Positions 62,735 to 64,000 of a DNA stretch of 64,000 nt are shown one piece after another; the stretch's first letter is position 1; the number at the start of each line of letters is the position of its first letter. This stretch comes from Octopus sinensis (taxonomy: Eukaryota): contig NC_043006.1 in NCBI RefSeq assembly GCF_006345805.1, positions 91,636,001-91,700,000 on the forward strand, written 5' to 3'. A program made the translations under genes and the position numbers. The notes beneath the pieces are model-generated. The model worked only from the letters and a program-made list of their open reading frames with translations, had not been told where the DNA came from and did not search any database.

Positions 62735-62759
62735 TTATTATTATTATTTATTATTATTA

Positions 62760-62801
<42 letters not shown>
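62490..62801. repeat. (ATC)n/(ATT)n compound microsatellite
   Basis: Read directly. Confidence 0.95.
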
Positions 62802-63164
62802 CGTTTACACATAACGGATTAAACTGCTGGAAAAGAAAAGAATCCTAACATGGGTCTACAGCAAGTATCCTTAGATGCCAAGAACCCTATTCAATATCCT
62901 AGCCGTCCCTCATAACACTATTTTCTGGTGCTGTACTAGGCTGGGTTTTATGCCTATTTCCTTTATCCGTCTGTTCAGATCTGTAGTGATAGTTCTCAAT
63001 GCACCTATAACTACTGGCATACATTTTATCAGCACTTTTCATAACCTCTGTAATTCAATGGCTAGGTCCTGGATCTTTGCTATTTTTCTTATACCTCTCA
63101 TATTGATTTTTTTCATCATTCGGGACTGTAAAGTTAGTTATCTGGCACGTTCTATTCTCTTTAT

Positions 63165-63235
<71 letters not shown>

Positions 63236-64000
63236 ACTACTACTACTACTACTACTACTACTAAATCAGGCCTTCTAACTTCTATTGCTCTGTCAGTCTG
63301 AATATTAAAGTTCCACAGCATCTTGTATTTCTTACTTTCTAGTACTTTCCTAGGTTTATGTTTCATACCATTTATTAATATGTTCAAATCATAGCTAAAT
63401 ATTACTCTCCTTATGTTGTCATGTCGTTTCTTGTATTCGTTCTGTACCAGCGTGCTACATTCACTTTGTATATGAGCAACGCTTTCCTCTTTTGATTTGT
63501 ATAATCTACACTGGGATTCTACTTGGTTTTGTCTATCTTGGCTTTCATCCAAGTAGTCCTTAATGCTTGATCTTATGCTGTTACTAACAAACTTTCTGTC
63601 TCCCTTTTCGGCTTTCATTTCTTCAACCATAACCATGTCTCACTACTTCTATTTGCTGCAAGTATCTTTGGGAATCTACCACGTAATTCTTTCACCTGCC
63701 AGTCAAGTAATTTCTGTTCATTTTTATGGTTTTTAAGTTCATATTTTTGTCTTTGGTTTCCCTATTTCTTGCTATGACTCTAACAGCTCTTTTCCGCTTC
63801 CCCTCTTTGGTATGTATAATCTTGCTACTCCTGCCCTTCGGTGGAGGTCTCCATTTATATTGAATTCCTTGCTAGTTCTTATGTGTTGCTTTGCTAATTC
63901 AGTTTTTCTTTAATCTACAAAAGCTGCTGAGTATCTAAGTAATAATATTGCCCTAATATTTACAGCCTTCACTAGATTCAGACCAGTTAGCTTTGACTTC
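62802..64000 (-). mobile_element. 3' part of a second, more decayed R4/Dong LINE ending in (TAA)n; probably continues past the window
   Basis: C..ESVAHIQSEC..EYKKRHD..MLWNFNIQTDRAIEVRRPDL..DK, then KDLAIELQRLWK..VVIGAL..GTARILNRVLGI* (stop at 62871-62873). Confidence 0.88.

Overview
AT-rich, microsatellite-dense eukaryotic DNA that is mostly transposon-derived. The SINE families and repeat landscape point to an octopod cephalopod (inference from recalled repeat sequences, not a database search). I found no intact host gene; the only host-protein sequence is a CGRRF1-like RING-finger remnant at 12.55-12.89 kb, lying inside a decayed RTE-like LINE. Most short ORFs in the track are translated microsatellites. 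The main result is a site-specific retrotransposon system. A near full-length Tx1-clade LINE (48063-53495: ORF1 with zinc knuckle, ORF2 with APE, RT and a C-terminal zinc finger) and a divergent ORF1-only 'half-Tx1' (43409-45641) are inserted independently at the same site (to within 1 bp) in the tRNA-derived head of an abundant SINE (SINE-A). Each has a 15-16 bp target-site duplication that copies its own host's sequence variant, and unoccupied sites in the same window serve as controls. Around this sits a web of dependencies: SINE-A shares its 3' stem-loop tail with a CR1-like LINE (1.3-2.4 kb), and a second SINE (SINE-B) shares a 26-bp exact 3' segment with the Tx1. Also present: a tRNA-headed SINE carrying a minimal hammerhead-ribozyme motif (55936-55981), R4/Dong LINEs ending in (TAA)n arrays, a non-autonomous Helitron, MITEs and two near-perfect ~110-bp fold-back palindromes. 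Family names SINE-A to SINE-D are my working labels.
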